Source: Octopus sinensis (Eukaryota). From it: DNA of 64,000 nucleotides. Position 1 is the stretch's first letter; the number at the start of each line of letters is the position of its first letter. The DNA lies in assembly GCF_006345805.1 (NCBI RefSeq), contig NC_043005.1:58404001-58468000 (forward strand), read 5' to 3'. Shown here in pieces: positions 38,361 to 52,683 of this stretch. Made by a program: the position numbers and the translations under genes. The notes beneath the pieces are model-generated. The model ran no database searches, was not told the origin of the DNA, and saw only the letters and a program-made list of their open reading frames with translations.

Positions 38361-39657
38361 CACTTCATACAACAGCCCATACTGTAATAGAAGCAACTTA
38401 ATCATTTCACACTACAACCAACACTGTAGATGTAGGAGGAATTGTAACATTTCTTACTACAGCCAACACAACAAATTCCTCATTTCACACTACACATCCC
38501 ACACTGCATGTAGCAGAAGGGAATTTACCACACAAAACTACAACACATACTTTGGTCAGCAAGAGAGCCTCTTTGTGGTTGTTTAACATGCTAGAAATAA
38601 TAGTCAAATTTCTCATATAACCATTTTCCACTTGTTCCCATCATTAAATTGCTGCTATGCTAGTGTAGTACCTTGAAGAATGTAGTCAAAGGAATTAAAG
38701 CCAGAATTTATTGTTTTAAAGCCTGGCACTTATTCTATTGGTCACTTTTGCTGAATTGCTAAGTTACAGGGACATAAATATACCAACAATGGTTGTCAAG
38801 CAGTGGCGCCAGACAACACAGACACAAAGACACACATACACAGATATATATATATATATATATATAATATATATATATAATGACACACATATAAAGATAC
38901 ACACACACACACACACATACACACATACACATTGTGGAACACAACTGTCACTACATAAACATGATGATTGTATACAGCATAAAAGTACTAGTTTATTTCA
39001 ATATTGTAAAAATTGTAAATAGTAAAACATGAAAATGAGACTAGGTTCGAATTTCATTGATTAATATGTATATTTACACACACCACAGGGCTCTTTCAGT
39101 TTCCATCAACCAAATCCACTCACAAAGCTTTGGTCAGCCCAAGGGTGTAGTAGAAGACACTTGCCCAAGGTACCTTGCTGTGGGACTGAACCCAAAAACA
39201 TGTGACTGGGAAGCAAACTTCTTGCCACACAGCTATACCTTCATACTGTCTTAAAAGGGATCATATATAAGATTATACCAAATAATGTAGAATAAGTTAC
39301 CTGAAAAAGAAAAAAAAGAGAGGCAGTTTGGACATGGTTGGAATGTCTTGGTATATGAGTTTGTTCAGTCTAGGTCTGACATGAGTCTAAATAACAGCAG
39401 TAACAACAATACTGAAAAGGTCTACTATCATTAAGTAGATAAGGTTAAAAATTTCTGCAGCTCTTTGCTAGGTGTCACCTTTTTTTAAACAATAGCATGT
39501 ATGGATGACAAGGAGATATTATTTCTTATTTAACCTGTCTAGAGCAGAGTAAGCTGAGTAGGAAGATAAGAGTGTTGTTAATAGGCAGAGAATGTGTATA
39601 TACATGTGTGTGTGTGTTATTTGCATGTACATATTCACACACATGTATATACATATG

Positions 39658-39659
<2 letters not shown>

Positions 39660-39742
<83 letters not shown>

Positions 39743-39805
39743 ATATACATGCATATATGTATACAAACACATTTATATATGTATGTATGTATGTATAGTG
39801 TTTAA

Positions 39806-39852
<47 letters not shown>
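39660..39852. repeat. (TA)n, (TATG)n and (ATCT)n microsatellites
   Basis: Direct reading. Confidence 0.95.
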
Positions 39853-39853
<1 letters not shown>

Positions 39854-42557
39854 AATATATATATATATATACATACATACAAACATACATACATATATAC
39901 ATGTGTGTATATATATATATGCATCTTATATGTATTATATATACATATACATGTATACACATATATGCAAATAATGTGTGTGTGTATATCTATGTATGTA
40001 TGTATGTATGTATGTATGTATATGTTAGATATATTAGCACTCAGTCTTGTAAAGAAGCCTTACAGTTTAGCAATTCTGTTAATTCCACTTATGAGCAAAG
40101 GTTACTTTGGTCCAATAAAGAAAGCTTCAACCTGAAGGTTACACCACTCATTCATCATTCAACTGAGCTGTTCGTTCATTCTAATAGCTTCCAGGCATTC
40201 ACCTGTTCATCCACCCATACCTGTCTTTCCTCTACCTTTCTGAACTCACCTTCTTAATTTCATTTTCTTCACAATTTTAGACACTTTATTGTTCCAAATG
40301 TTCTATTTGCCAAAAATGTTATGCTAAGTCCTGTCGTTACCCTATGGAGTTGCAAGTGATAGATTACTAGTCTAAAAGCAAATGAAAGGACTATTGTAAC
40401 TCACTCTACATGCTAGAATTAGCAGGCACACTGCCCTCGAGTCACATCCAGTCAAATATAAGAAAGAAAGAAGTACATTTTGAATAGTGTTATCTCAGAT
40501 ACACTATTTGTATACATTATTACGATAGGATGTTCATGAGTGGAATGCTTTTATCACAGATCTGCTCTATCAGTCCTGGTCTGTGGTTAAACAGCTGTAG
40601 CAATTACTATGGTATTTAACAAGCCTATGAGAGTCCTGTATGATTCCTCAGCATGCAAGAAATGACAGCCAATCTCTTGCAAAGCACCACTTTTTTTTCT
40701 TTTTTAGAAAAGAGGAAAGTGGTATTGGATAGTGTATTCTTATATTAATTCAAGATAGTGAGATGAAATGGTCATGGCTGGAATGCCCTCGATCGTGGAT
40801 TTGTTTGATCAGACTTGAATTGGAACTAAACAACAATAGTAGCAAGAGCAACAGCAATAGCTGGCGCTACAACCTTAACAAGCGAAATGTAGAGACTTTC
40901 ATCATCAAAATGAGCAACAAAGCAACAACTACAACAACAACAACAACAATGGCAATAATAGTAACAAAATCTTGTTCGCTTCTATGTGTATATATACTCA
41001 TACTTTCACATGCATGATCTTAAATGTATCTGACTCAGTCAGTTCAGATGACAAGGGTTCCATTTTATCTGGAAAATAATTTATATTTAACCCATATTTG
41101 CATATTAAGTGCTCTTTTACATTTACACGATAATGATGGTAACAATAACAATTAGGAAAGCACTAGTTTAGGATGTTTCTGGCCACTGAGGCATATTCTC
41201 TTAGAGAGTCCTATTGCAAACCTACAAAAGTGAATATGTGTAAAACAATGTATTTTGAAAGGCATATCTATAAAACTAGTTTTTAAACATTGAGTGTCTG
41301 TGGTGGGATGGGATGGAGTGGCAGGCAGCAGAATAGGATAAAAATCCTTCCTGAGTTATATAGACTCAAAAGGCCTGTTTTTTGGTTCCCATGGTGTATA
41401 TATTAACCCTCTGGATAAGTTGCTGGTCCATCACAGGATTACTCATTTTTGCCAGGTTGAAGGCTGGAGCAATGTGAAATTAAGTGTCTTGCTCAAGAAT
41501 ACAACACAATAGTAATCAAAGGGGCCTATAAGTAAAAATGCTTGGGAACAAGAAACAAGACAGTCTGTTGTTGTACTATCAGTTTCAACACAAGGCTTGA
41601 ACTTATTAGTGGAGGCCCCTACTATTCTCAGTTCAAAGCTATTTTTTTCCCCTCTCTGGCACTCTGATGAAAGCACATGATGAGTTTGAAGTCGGTTTTC
41701 ATTAATCAAACTTCAAGTAATGCAAGACACTGAGGGTGCACCTCTCCCAGCATCACAATATTTTTGATGAAGCAAATCAATCTGATAGCATAAATGGCTC
41801 AGGATGATTGGTATTTCTTCTCTGCTACTGGAGACTAACAAGATCCAGTCTGTCAGCAACCAGCTTATATCCTTTAGCATTCACATTATTCTCTCAAATG
41901 TATTCACATCATTTTGAATTAGTCATGCTTTATCTTATCTTATAGCTTTGAGATTTTGATCAGGCAACTGTTCATTTTTACAAAGATGTTGTAGGGTTGC
42001 TGCGACAGGCCAGATCTTACCAATTTGAACATAAAACAGGTGGAACATTTTGACTGTATATGGCTATTTTAATTGTTAAAAGATTAAAGCTGGACACCAA
42101 AGCTTGCTTTTTTCTTTTAGGGTCTACCCTATCAAACTTAATCTTCCTGGACTCATGGACAAAGCAGCAAAGCAGTGCAGATAGGTTGCCCTCAGCACAG
42201 AAGCCCAATCTATCTTTCTTCAAGATAGTTTATCTGTAAGAGAACCAAAGTTCCATCACTACAAAATTCATCCTACTGAGTGCTCGTGTACCATTTCTTT
42301 GTTTTTGAACACTTTTGTAACAGTTTACTTTGAGTGTTATAAATAATATGCAATCTAGTACAATTTGCTAGTGTCAGATCACTAGTGACTAAGCAAGCAT
42401 CACCACCAGTTTGGTCTGGTAAGGAGTGTTGTTAAATATCCAGTAGGCTGAAAACAAGACTTGTCAAAGAACAAATGAACCCAGCAGAAGGTCAATAACT
42501 ATCTTGCATATTTATATATAAATATCTATAAATACACATTTGTATACATTTGTATAT

Positions 42558-42602
<45 letters not shown>

Positions 42603-42906
42603 AAAACCCTACACATTTATACACACACATATGCACATGTATACACATATATAAACATTTCATAATATATGATATATTGTGTGTGTGTGTGAATATATAT
42701 ATGTGTGTGTGTGTGTGTGTATGCATAAATGAATGTAAGTACATGGATATATAGATATATGTGTATACACACATGCATATATAATGTATATGTATATATG
42801 CATATGTATATTTATATATGTATATATATATATATGTGTGTGTGTGTATGCATGTATATGTTGGTATGTACATATGTATATATGAATATATATATATATG
42901 TGTGTA

Positions 42907-42964
<58 letters not shown>

Positions 42965-43029
42965 TAGGTAGATAGATAGATGTAGATATAGAAACTGATA
43001 TACACACATATATATGTACATATACATAC

Positions 43030-43061
<32 letters not shown>

Positions 43062-44114
43062 ATGTATATATATCAGTTTCTACATCTATATCTATATATT
43101 TGTCTACATATCTATATATCTCTCTATATATACATTTATATATATTTATTCGAAAGCTAAATCTATACTCACTTTCCAATGCATACAGCGTTGCCTTGGC
43201 CTGCAGCCAAAGCTACAATGAAGCAATGAAAGAATTTGTTCTTGTTTACATTTCACTAATGACAAGAACAACAATATTCAATATCTTCAAATTTACTGAA
43301 GTTAATGTTTTGCCCTTTGGCAAATATTCAAACTTTTCTTGTCCATTTTCTTTTTTTTCTTTTTTTCTTTTTTCTTTTCTCTTTTCTCTTTTTTTTTTTA
43401 AACATTTCTTTTCTTCCATGTCTCATTTTGTTTGGTTTTCTTCTCATTATTCTTAATATTATCTGTTACGTTTTTGATTTTATTTTAGGCAGAAATATTT
43501 TGGCTAAATTTTTGTATTTTTGCACTTTTACAATTTTTGTAAATTTTTTGTGTTTTTGGGTGTTTTGCTATTTTTGTAATCGTTTTTATTTTTATTTTTA
43601 TTTTTTTTTTATTTTTCACTATTTTTTTTTTTCATATTCTTAGTATTTTAGTAGTTTTCAGTCGACTTCTGTTATATCTAGCTGCTCGAATTGAAATATT
43701 GAAATTGCTGCACATAGCAGCAGACCAGTTATTGGACATTGTCATCATCATCATCATCATCATCATCATTTTGATTTTGCTCTTCATCGTCTTTATTGTC
43801 AAAATCCTTCATCATGCTAGTTATTATGACTATAACCCTCATTGAGGTTGGTTTCATACTCACCATCACCCATCATCTTCAGTGCCGTTTTCATTACCTC
43901 CAGCGCTGCCAGTACCAGCAGCACCAGCAGTGGCACCACCACCAACACCATCACCATCACCATCATTATCAGTGTCATCAGTGCATTTGTTATCATCATC
44001 ATCCTCATCATCATCATCACCGTCATCGTCTTTCACTGTATCTTCCTCATCAGCGTGATTGTCGCCATCGTTATCGTCATCATTATTTAATTTTAATATC
44101 CTTTGGTATCTTTC

Positions 44115-44538
44115 TTTCATCATTATTGTCATTATTATCATCCTCACCACCACCACCACCACCACCATCATCATCATCATAACCACCACCACCACCACCA
44201 CCATCATCATCATAACCACTACCACCACCATCAACAACACCACCACCACCATCATCATCATAACCACCACCACCACCACCACCATCCTTATCATCACCAC
44301 CACCATCCTCATCATCACCACCACCATCATCATCATCATAACCACCACCACCACCACCATCATCATCATAACCACCACCACCACCATCAACAATAACACC
44401 ACCACCACCACCACCACCACCACCAACACCACCACCACCACCACCACCACCATCATCATCACCACCACCACCATCATCATCATCATCATAACCACCACCA
44501 CCATCACCACCGCCACCGCTGCCACCACCATTACCACC

Positions 44539-44581
<43 letters not shown>

Positions 44582-44591
44582 CCACCATCAC

Positions 44592-44632
<41 letters not shown>

Positions 44633-44650
44633 CCATCATCATCATCATAT
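44115..44650. repeat. (CAC/CAT)n compound triplet array
   Basis: ~535 bp with recurring ATAACC(ACC)n(ATC)n higher-order units. Confidence 0.95.
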
Positions 44651-44840
44651 CTAGTTTTAATATCCTTTGGTATCTTTCCAACGAATGCTATCATTGTTTG
44701 AATGTGTCTGCAGAGAGATAATTGCAGATAACACCAATTGTTTAAATCTAGAATGGCAGCGTTTGTTTGGCGACTGACATTGTGATATCAGGTTTCTCCA
44801 CTTCCACTTATGTCTTTCCTGTTTTTGCCTGATCTGAAAG

Positions 44841-44894
<54 letters not shown>

Positions 44895-44994
44895 GCACAT
44901 ACACTGACACATGCCCACAACACACGCGCTAACACACTTGCATGCACAAACACATGCACACTCATACGCTCACACACAAACACACACACATATA

Positions 44995-45410
44995 TATTCT
45001 TTTATTCACCTACTTGTTTCAGTCATTTGACTGTGGCCATGCTGGAGCACCATTTTAAAGTGTTTTTTTAGTCTTAGAAATCAACCCTGGGACTTATTCT
45101 TTGTAAGTCTAGTACTTATTTTATCAGTCCCTTTTGCTGAACTATTAAGTTACAGGGATGTAAACACACCAACATTAGTTGTCAATTAATAGTGGGAGGG
45201 CAGACACAGGCACAAAGACACACACATAAATACACACACACACACACACATACACACACATATACATATATACGATGGGCTTCTTTCAGTTTCTGACTAG
45301 CAAATCCACTCACAAGTGTTTGGTCAGCCTGAGGATATAGTAGAAGACACTTGCCCAACGTGCCCTGCAGTGGGACTGAACCTGGAACCATGTAGTTGGA
45401 AAGCCTGTGC
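44995..45410 (-). mobile_element. family A SINE
   Basis: Reverse-complement copy. Confidence 0.8.
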
Positions 45411-46977
45411 TTATGATACATAGATATAATTAATTTAGGTGGAGGTGTGGGCAAGAAGCCTAGTAGTTTAGGTGTGACGCTCAAATCACAAGAACATAAT
45501 TTTAATTTCAGTATTGCGCTCTTGGGCAAGACACTTCATTTCACATTGCTCTGCTTTCATTTTGACATCTGACGTGTGGCCACACAGTGTACCTGTACAG
45601 GAAGAGTCCATTTGACAGAAGGTATGGGCTCATGTACAAAACAAACATTTGGTTACTAGTACCACCAGACTTGCCCTCATGCCTGTGGCGTGTAAAAGCA
45701 CCCACTAAACTCTCGGAGTGGTTGGCATTACGAAGGGCATCCAGTTGTAGAAACTCTGCCAGATCAGATTGGAGCCTGGCGCAGCCATCTGGTTCACCAG
45801 TCCTCAGTCAAATCGTCCAACCCATGCTAGCATGGAGAGCGGACGTTAAATGATGATGATGATGACGATGATGATGATATATATATATATATATATATAA
45901 CTTGTAAGGCATTGATCAAATGAAGACTATAGTAATGGAGACACTTGCTCATGATGCTATACCATGAGCTCAATCACAGAAACTGGTGCTTCTGAAACAA
46001 AATTCTCAACAACACACTGAAGCATTCTTTTTTTTTTACAGTACAAAAATAGCAATAAATAATCATTTCCTGACAGAGGAATCAAAAACATAACAAAACA
46101 AAATATTTCATTGTGGATATGATGCAAAAATAATATGGCAAATATTGTTTCTATCGGATAATTCATGATAATAGAAAATATATATTGAATTATTAAAGAA
46201 TGCAGAAATAGTAAAAACACTGTTATATAAATGCCTTCAGTATTTAACTCACCCCTGCTTCCTCTCTGTCTCTTTGTATACATACATACATACACATATA
46301 CACACACACATACACACACCTGCCCCCACACACGCACACACTCATATGACTTGGACTGAAATCCCCCCTGGTTGGACTTCATCATTTATTACTCTGAGAT
46401 TGATTCAATCAACAACTGAACGCCTTCCCTTCCAAATATATGTGTGTGTGTGTGTGTGTGTGTGGTGGGGTTATTGCCAATTTAAGATTCCAGTGTAAGA
46501 CCCTGTGTAAGTGTGACAAGTTGCCAGAAATGATAAAGTAGGAAACTTGAAGTATTTAGTTCCTCCAAATTGAAATCACATTGAAAATAAATTTTGATTT
46601 TTATTCTTTTGAGATTTACTAAAATAAGTACCAGTGATAACTGAGGCTCTTTTCAGTGAAATATGCCACACATATTGAAAAAAGCTGGTCTTGTGCTTAT
46701 CTGAAAAACTCTAGAATACAAGCCAATATGTTAACCTCTAAAAATGGTTGCTTTGGCCTACAGTGTAGTGGGTGCTTTTACGTGCCACCAGTATGAGGGC
46801 CAGTCAGGCGGTACTGGCAACAGCCACGCTCAAATGGTGTTTTTCACTTGCCACCTGCACAGGAGCCAGTCCAGCAGCACTGGCAATGACCTCGCTTGAA
46901 TGTTTTTTCACATGCCACCAGCACAAGTGCCAGTAAGGCGACACTGGTAATGATCACACTCGAATGGTGCTTTTTAC

Positions 46978-47160
46978 GTGTGTTGGGGAAATTTCAAACC
47001 TGGGTTCTCATTCCTAAGGTATTTTTCGATGTTGTTATTATTATTATTATTATTATTATCGTTCAGGTCACTGCTTGGAATCAAACTCGGAATCTTGGGG
47101 TTAAGAGCGCGGGCTACTAAACCCAAGATTCTGAGTTCAATTCCAAGCAGTGACCTGAAC

Positions 47161-47221
<61 letters not shown>

Positions 47222-47390
47222 CAACAACATTGAAAAATACCTCAGGAATGAGAACCCAGGTTTGAAATTTCCCCAAGACACCTGAAGAAGGCTGGAGGGT
47301 ATATCAGCCGAAACAATAAACAAGATGAGGATAAATATCTGTCGAATGTAAATAATGTACATAATTCCTCATCTCTTAAATATAGAACTG
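46978..47390 (+). mobile_element. retro-cassette with an inverted-duplicated (foldback) 5' part, tRNA-like segment and hammerhead-like core
   Basis: 46978-47104 is the reverse complement of 47118-47281; GAGTTCAATTCC B-box-like motif; CTGAAGA...GAAAC downstream. Confidence 0.7.
47278..47314 (+). ncRNA. hammerhead core with stem II, lacking stem III/cleavage site
   Basis: ACAC-CTGAAGA-A-GGCTG gagggtatat CAGCC-GAAA-C; perfect 5-bp stem II; no NUH plus stem I partner follows in this copy. Confidence 0.45.
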
Positions 47391-47897
47391 TATTAAACTA
47401 GTTTGGAGTATTTTAATGCAAGTCTGTTTTGTGGTTTTTATTTTTGCTTTAATCTATAAAATTTTAATTTGCTAAAATTGAGAAGCTGATGTTGATAGTG
47501 CTCATGGTTAAAAAACACTTAAGAAATGTCAATCACCTTCAGAAATGTCGAATGCTATTTGCTACACATGTAAACAACTCTAGAAGACAGATTTCTTGAT
47601 CATGCAATCCTATATGGAAGATATGAGAGCCACCTTACAAGAGAAAAAGGGTTCAAACATGTTTTCCACAGAAAGAATTTTGATACCACCATCACGTAAA
47701 ATTTTAACAATACCAAAAAGATTCCTCACCATGTTGCATTCACCAAAGTTATACTTAACTGTTATGCATACATCAGGTGCATCTGTCTTAGTATTAAAAC
47801 CTAGCACCACTGCATCAATGCCACAGCAGCATTGACCCTCACATATGGTTGTATCACAAGGTTAGTAAAACCAGTTAAAGCAAAATGAATGCATTAA

Positions 47898-48109
47898 CCA
47901 TTTTGTTACTGTATTCATTTAGAGATGCTCTGTGTTTCTTTCAATTAATTTTAAATATAACAGAGAATTTAGTAAAATAACTTAGTTATCATTAAGCTGG
48001 TTTTAGGAACATAAATTGTGACTAAGATTTTTATTCAAAACTTATGAAAACAAGACATTTGTACTACAGAGAAAGAGAGGCAGTTTCAGCCGGGTTGGTA
48101 ACGAAAGGG
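47898..48109. mobile_element. piggyBac-type MITE
   Basis: TTAA|CCATTTTGTTACT ... GGTAACGAAAGGG|TTAA (10/13 inverted match, TTAA duplication). Confidence 0.7.
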
Positions 48110-50469
48110 TTAATATATTTGATGTGGAATCTGACAATTTCTTCTTGGCCCCCTCACAACAGAACATTGTTTCAAATGAGGACCTGGAGAAATGTATTGG
48201 CGGTTGTTGGATGTTTTCATGAGATATGATATATGCATGCAAGGCAAACTTGAAAAGTCATGCAACCAATGTGTCAGTCTCTTGATTGAAGTGATCACAG
48301 AATTTCCAGTGCAAAGAGAGGATGTGGATAATCTACTGTTGGATGAGAGGGGCAACTTGTTAACCCTTCAGCATTCAGGTTACTCTGTCAAATGTAATGC
48401 TTTTTTTTATTCACCTTGTTAACCATTTAGCATTCAGGTTACTCTATTAAATGTAATGCTTTATTATTCACATTGTTTTGAATTTATCATGCACTCTCTT
48501 GTAGCCTTGAGATTTTGGTGATATGATTATTTATTTCCCAGAATGACATTGCTGGGTAGATTTGAGAAGCCTAATTTGGCCAGTGTGAACATAAAGCAGA
48601 TAGAATATCTGGGGGCCAGATATGGCAGATTTAAGTACTAAAAAGTCTTTCAGCAGGTGAAATGAGGGCTGGTGGTTAGTGTCAAAGCTAAATTTAATAG
48701 TGTTTGGCATTTCTAATAGGAAAAAAAGAAAACTTAGTTGAAGAAATATTTCTAAAAAAATTGGAATTGGAATTGAAGTTTGAGTTGAAATCAAATCAAA
48801 ACAATTAGATCCAAGCTGATATCAATAAAGGTATTCTGTATTTTGTTACTATTATTAAATTCTAATTTACATTTAATTTGTAATTTTAGATAACACACCT
48901 CTCATGTAGATATAGGTTTATGAAGCATTTCTCAAATTTTTCAATTTGGAATCTGAAATTGAAAAAAGAAAATATAATAGAAAAATAAAAAAAAAAAAGA
49001 TTGGTGAAAAGTATAAAACAGGAAATCCCTAGCTTTTGGCAATGTAAGAATTTTTTGTTAATTGCAGACCAAGTAAATCTTATTTTTTATTTCTGTAAAG
49101 AAATGAATACTAATTTTAACTTCCAAAACTCAATTTTTCCGAATTAAATTCCTATTCTATGATTGCTATTTGGTTCTGTATTCTAGGTTTTAAATGCTTT
49201 CTTCATTTGAAATAATTGTGGAATTTCTTACTCAAAAGTAAGAGTTTAAATGAAGTCATAACGACTTTCATTATTACATTAGCATTAGGAAGGTGAGCTT
49301 GCACAATAGTTCGTGCACCAGACAAAGTGCTTAGTAGCATCTTGTCCACCTTTATGTTCTGAGTTCAAATTCCACTGAGTTCAGCTTTGCCTGCCATCCT
49401 TTTGGGATCCAAGACATGAGTACCAACTGAATACTGGGGTTGATGTAACTGACTAGCTCCCTTCCCCTAAAAGTTTGACCCTTGTGCCTATTGTAGAAAG
49501 GATTATTGCATTAACATTGTCCAATGGGCTGTAGCTTATTGTCTCTGGGGAATTTAGAAGAGACAAATGAAAGAGCGTTTATCTGGTCATTCAGTCTATT
49601 AGGAATAGTGACCAGGTCTCCTGAAAATCACACCTTAACATCTTTAAATGTAGAAAGGACAGATTAGGTAGATGTAGACATAGATACAAGATACATCTAT
49701 ATCTAAATATAAGTTTGGGTAGTAGCAACTGGAATACTTTCATTATGTCTGCTCAAAGATCAGGCTGATCTTTGGATAAATAACAACAACAGCAATATTA
49801 TTTACTTGCATGTATGTATGAGACATAATGAGTCTAATGTAGGATGAATTGGCATGCACCAGACAATGCATGCAACCTATATTTACAGCTGTGGCCTTAT
49901 TCCAATAGCAAAGCAGAATGATATCTTTGAGGGTCTTTGATATGCAATTGGGAAATGGATTGCCTTTGGCTTCTATAGACATAGGATGGGGCCTGGGCAT
50001 AGGACTACATCCATTCAGAACCATAGCTAAATGCTAAAACTTACATTCTTCTGAGTCTTTGTTTTCCATAGTAAATAGATTAAAGAGGCTATTTTAAGCT
50101 TATAAACTCTTGAGGTTGGGGTTTATCCAAATTTTTGAGGTACTGAGGGCGAGAGTACAAAACCCATCCTTCATATATAAAAACCAGGTTCTGTCCTACA
50201 GTGTAATACTTTCAGCAAGTGTCTTCTACTATAACTCCAGGCTGACTAATGTCTTGTAATGAAATTTGGTAGACTGGGAACTGTAAGGAAGTCCATTATA
50301 TCATCAGCATCATTATTATCAGTTCTAACATCTGCTTTTCCACATGCACTCATGTACACACACACACACATGGATACATACATACATGCATGCATTTTTC
50401 TGCAAACACATTTCTCTTCATAGTTTGATTGGATCTTTTAATAATTTTTATTGGAAAGTTCTAAACAAA

Positions 50470-51000
50470 GTAAGAACCCATTTAGAGTAAGGCATTATGA
50501 AGAAGAAGAAATTGAGACAAAAGGAATGAATCTACTTTAGACTTGAAAGAACTCAGGTCATAAGAAAAGGGAAAATAATGAGCTGGAAGGGAGTCCAATG
50601 TCTGGCAGTTTGAGGAAAATGCTACAAGCCATAGAAAGTCTTCTTTAATAATTGTAGGAGTACAACAGCATTTGGATGAAAACGCTTTGAGTTTCAAGTT
50701 AGGTGAGATGGCACAAAGTGACTGGAAACAGTCATCAGAGCACTTCCTATGGTAATAATAATGGAAAAGACAAAGTCTAGTGAAGCCATGTTGATGTGAC
50801 AAAAGTTGTATTGTTGAGGAAAGAGAGGGACTGATAAAATTAGAGACTCAGTTCGAAATTTGGTCAAGGAGATCCAAGTGAGAAGATGGTGTACCTGACC
50901 AAAGACGACAAGAGTGTTCCATATAAGGAGTACTTGCTGATAATAGGATGGAAGTGGTGCAGTAATGCAATAATGTAAACTTATACTGTACCAAATAATT
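50470..51000 (-). mobile_element. CR1/L2-group LINE 3' fragment, decayed
   Basis: Minus NMASLCLFHYYYHRKCSD ... DSLPAHYFPFSYDLSSFKSKVDSFLLS across frameshifts, typical post-RT C-terminus. Confidence 0.7.
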
Positions 51001-51046
51001 TTACATATTGTTGAATTAACGAGCACTCTATTGAGATGTGTGTGTT

Positions 51047-51102
<56 letters not shown>

Positions 51103-51364
51103 TGTAAATTAAGCTGTCAGATAAATTTGTCTTTTTCCATTTATTTTAATCCTTCAATAACATTTCAATAATCTTAACGAATCAGTTAATAATATATACT
51201 TCTTCATTGTTCATGATTTCTTTCCACTGTACCCACTTAATTGTCGATGCATTTATGGTAGAAATCATTAGGTCTTAGCTTGAAGTATTCATTGAGCCAC
51301 GTTTTCAACACTGTTGGAAAGTGACTGGAAAAGATGACAATCTGAAGGCACTATATCAGGAGAA

Positions 51365-51587
51365 TATGTATTTCTTTACTAAACATAGAAGGGACAAACA
51401 AGGACAGACAAAGGGATTAAGTCGATTACATCGACCCCAGTGCGTAACTGGTACTTTATTTATCGACCCCGAAAGGATGAAAGGCAAAGTCGACCTCGGC
51501 GGAATGTGAACTCAGAACATAACAGCAGACGAAATACCGCAAAGCATTTCAACCGGCATGCTAAAGTTTCGGCCAGCTCGCCGCCCT
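51365..51587 (-). mobile_element. young family E SINE
   Basis: CpG-rich reverse complement of 13369-13599. Confidence 0.8.
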
Positions 51588-52227
51588 GTATCAGGAGAAT
51601 ATGGTGGGTGTGGAAGAACTTCCTAACTGAGCTCTTGAGAGCATTTTTGATCAGGTTATTGATGAGGGGTAAATGTTTTCATGTTGAAGAAGCATACTGT
51701 GTTGCTGGTTGAGTCATCTCAGCTGGATTGCTGGTTGAGCAAAGGGGACAGGCAATGGCACCACGAGAACATCTCATTTGCCAGGCCAATTCTCTTTTGG
51801 ATTGGCATGAATCCTTGGTGATGAACTATTCCAGTCAATCCTCATTGAACTGAACAGATCTCTTGGAATGCAGAGCATATGTGAGGTTGAATTTCTCCTC
51901 CTTGAAATGTGAAAACCATTTCTGTGCATTTCTTTCAGGAATAACACCTTCTCCATACACAGCACAAATGTCTTGAGTAGCTTCAGCAGCTTTGGAATTA
52001 TGATTGAAAGCAAAGAGAAGCAAATGTTGAAAATACTCATGGTTTTTTTAATCTATTTGACACTTGTATGAAAAGAGGTAACATTTACTCAGCAGTCGAA
52101 AGCAATAAACAAAAGTTGTAGAGGAAGAATAAAGCTAAAAAAATTCACAGAACACTATGATAAAAGATATTTTTTCTGCAAGTTCAAATAATATTGGTAA
52201 AATGTGTGAATTTATTTGACAACCCAA
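51588..52227 (-). mobile_element. internally deleted mariner
   Basis: TA|TTGGGTTGTCAAATAAATTC terminus; HLLLFAFNHNSKAAEATQDICAVYGEGVIPERNAQKWFSHFK and EVLPHPPYSPD. Confidence 0.8.
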
Positions 52228-52244
52228 TATGTATATACATTTTT

Positions 52245-52678
52245 TCTCTTTTACTTCTATCAGTTATTTGGCTGTGGCCATGCTGGGCCACCACCTTGAA
52301 TGGTTTATTTAGTCAAACAAATAGGTTCCAGGATTTACATTTTTAAAGCCTAGTACTTATTTCATTGGTGTCTTTTGCTGAACTTCTAAGTGATGGGCGT
52401 CCTAAGGAAACTAAACACGAGTTCTCAATTAGTGGTACTGGGAGGTTACCCATTTATAGATATGTACATGTATATATATATGAATGTATATCTATCTATC
52501 TATCTATATATATACATACAATGGGGTTCTTTCAGTTTCCACCTACCATATCCTCTCACAAGGCTTTGGATGGCTGGAGGCTATAGTAGAAGACACTTGC
52601 CCAAGGTGCTACACAGTGAGACTGAATCTGCGACCATGTAGTTGGGAAGCAAGCATCTTACCATACAGCCACGCCTAT
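52245..52678 (-). mobile_element. family A SINE
   Basis: Reverse-complement copy. Confidence 0.8.
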
Positions 52679-52683
52679 ATATT

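Noticed and set aside
41655-41705. CTGATGA-AAGC...GTTT-GAAG hammerhead-like motif
   Set aside because: GAAA is broken and there is no stem I partner
43640-43745. Exon-like reading RLLLYLAARIEILKLLHIAADQLLDIV after ttttcag
   Set aside because: No donor site, runs into (ATC)n, and does not match the expected next CFAP65 segment
43796-44721. Long His-, Thr/Ile-, Met/Val- and Gly/Asp/Tyr-rich ORFs
   Set aside because: All are frames of one CAC/CAT triplet array; any resemblance to Gly-rich structural proteins is compositional
46974-47362. Near-identical ORFs on both strands
   Set aside because: A consequence of the palindrome, not coding
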